From NCBI GenBank assembly GCA_964016885.1, contig OZ024741.1:366606001-366670000 (forward strand): a stretch of DNA of 64,000 bases, given 5' to 3'. The notes beneath the pieces were generated by a model. The model made no database searches, was not told the origin of the DNA, and saw only the letters and a list, made by a program, of their open reading frames with translations. The position numbers and the translations under genes are program-made. Of this stretch, positions 61,683 through 64,000 are shown piece after piece (the first letter of the stretch is position 1; every line of letters starts with the position of its first letter). The DNA is from Eledone cirrhosa. Taxonomy: Eukaryota.

Positions 61683-63642
61683 TATATGGGACCATCGATA
61701 TTAAATAGCAATAATAATAACAACAATAATAATAATTGTTTCTACTTTTGGCACAAGACCAGCAATTACCCCAGTGTATTACTGGTACTTTATTTTATCG
61801 ACCCCGTAAGGATGAAAGGCAAAGTTACATAATATGTCTGAGTCAAGAAGAAGAAGAAGAAGAAGAAGAGGAATGTTACGCTTACGCATGGCAAATAGCA
61901 CTCTGGAGAAACTGATATAGATATCGAGTTAGAAAAACGCGTCAAAGCAACCTTCACGAGAGGAAATTAAATAATCATGACCGAAAGTAAACGTATTAGA
62001 CCAAATACAGACTTACATATATTTAGGAATTAATCAACTAAATAGAATAGAACACACACAAACGAAAGAAAATGTTACGAAAAATGCTATAGGTGCATTA
62101 TGCAAAACTAAATGCCAAAAGTAACTTCATGAGTATCCAGACTGTAGCTGTTATCGACATAGTAATACTATTTTTAGCTGGAAGCTAAATAAATTAGTAA
62201 GTCTAGACATAAAAATAAGAAAAATTATAACTGCGTTTAGAATACACAACCCAAAAATCTGACTCAAAAAGACTATATTTACTATGTATACAATAAGTAG
62301 AAGTTTTCTGTAACTAGAAAATTATGATAATATATCTGCTGTAGGACATCAAGTATACTTAGTACAGAATAAAAAGAAACCAATGGAAATAGCTACAAAA
62401 CATGAAGAAAAATAAAACAATTGTTATTTTGTCTTTAAGGAAGCCAACAAAGCAGAGATAGATTTAAGAGACGGTTCTGGGAAAATAATAATAATGATTT
62501 CTTTATTAACCACAAGGGATTGCATATAAAATAGAGTAAAACATGATAAACATAAGGATTACAATACATGTGGAGTTGTAGAGAAAGGTTATATAAAAAC
62601 AGACGGTAGGGGTAAAGTTGTTACACAATAGAGAGATTATACAATAGAGAAATAAACCAGTGTGGATGAATTGGCTGTATCGGTAGAGGGTCGGACATCA
62701 TGCTTTCCAGCATAGTTACGTCTCTTTAAGGTCTGAGTTCAAATCCTGTCGAGGTTAACTTTCATCCTCGCGGGGTTGATAAAATAAAGTACCAGTAATG
62801 CACTGGAGTAATTGCTGGCCTTGTGCCAAAAGTAGAAACAATTATTATATAACACACAATAATTAACACAAATATAATATAGAAACATAAAATAAACATT
62901 TATATTTACCCACACACACAGGTGGGAACTTACTACAGGGTCGAAACGTTCATAGGCTGAAATGTTCATAGGCTGAGCCAGATACTCTCATGCAATGACC
63001 AAATGAGGTTTATTTTTCAACATAGTCCCTGGAAAGAAACAATGCAGTTATTAATAAGATTTGAAATAAATACGTGCAAGATTTTACAGCACTAGCATAA
63101 TTCCTTCATAGTCAGCTATGGACGTTTCGGCCTACCCTCGTAGTTAAGTCGAGTCAGAACACTCCACATTTCTGCTGACCCTCCATACATTATATAGTTC
63201 CCAGTGATCACCGAAATCTCCCGCAAGCATTTCTTCAGTGGCTTCATCAACAAAACCATCTGGCAGAAGTATTTTATCTTTTTCTAGGCTTCTTTTGTTA
63301 AAAGAAAATATTTAAAGAAAAAAAAGACTAAAATTTTAACTGAATACGGAAATACAAAATGTCGTGTTAAGATATTAGCAAGTAAAATTTCCACTGAAAA
63401 AAAATAAACAAAGTGGGTGTTGGTGAAGAAAGCAATGACTCAGCACTAGCTGATATACACAGGACTCAAGGCCGAGAACGATGGGTATTTTTAGACGCAG
63501 CTGAAGCCCGAGGCCTATCCACTAGAAACTACCAGAAATATTTAGTGGAATACGAAAAGTAACTCCAAACTATGTTGAGGTTGGGAAGAAGCAATTAATC
63601 TCATTGTATTCGACTACCAAATTCTAGCAAGAACATATGAAA

Positions 63643-63717
<75 letters not shown>

Positions 63718-63840
63718 AACGAATGTTTTTTATCCCACCTGGATAACCGGTTTCACAATTTCATGATTTTCAAAAGTTATAGTTATGTGAAATGGCAGAA
63801 GGTGGAGCTGGCAGTTTCAAACAAAATTTCAGCTTCTTTT

Positions 63841-63919
<79 letters not shown>

Positions 63920-64000
63920 CTACTAGGAGATACGTTGAATTTTAGATGTTTTCATGTTTTATACTCAATGTGTGTATTTATCTACACACCTGTGATTAAT

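Overview
This is AT-rich, microsatellite-dense eukaryotic genomic DNA. The SINE families and (TA)n/(GT)n/(GATA)n load suggest a cephalopod, probably Octopus (inference). Most ORFs in the supplied track are microsatellite artefacts. The window looks largely intronic: candidate + strand exons at 6098-6138, 54013-54162 and possibly 58319-58343 splice in frame to a single-pass membrane protein segment, with a ~48 kb intron. The window is filled with decayed mobile DNA: three Penelope-like (PLE) RT/GIY-YIG relics, a CRE-like RLE retrotransposon, L1/Tx1 copies, RTE fragments, a Helitron Rep/Hel pseudogene, a non-autonomous Helitron, a deleted mariner, a hATm transposon and over 20 copies of one tRNA-derived SINE. 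The main unexplained signal is about a dozen type-I hammerhead ribozyme (HHR) motifs found by eye. Several lie in short, sequence-unrelated, non-coding elements built as head-to-head palindromes (HHR on both strands, one arm with an extra tail) that sit between (TA)n tracts. All structures were read manually; no folding, alignment or database search was run.
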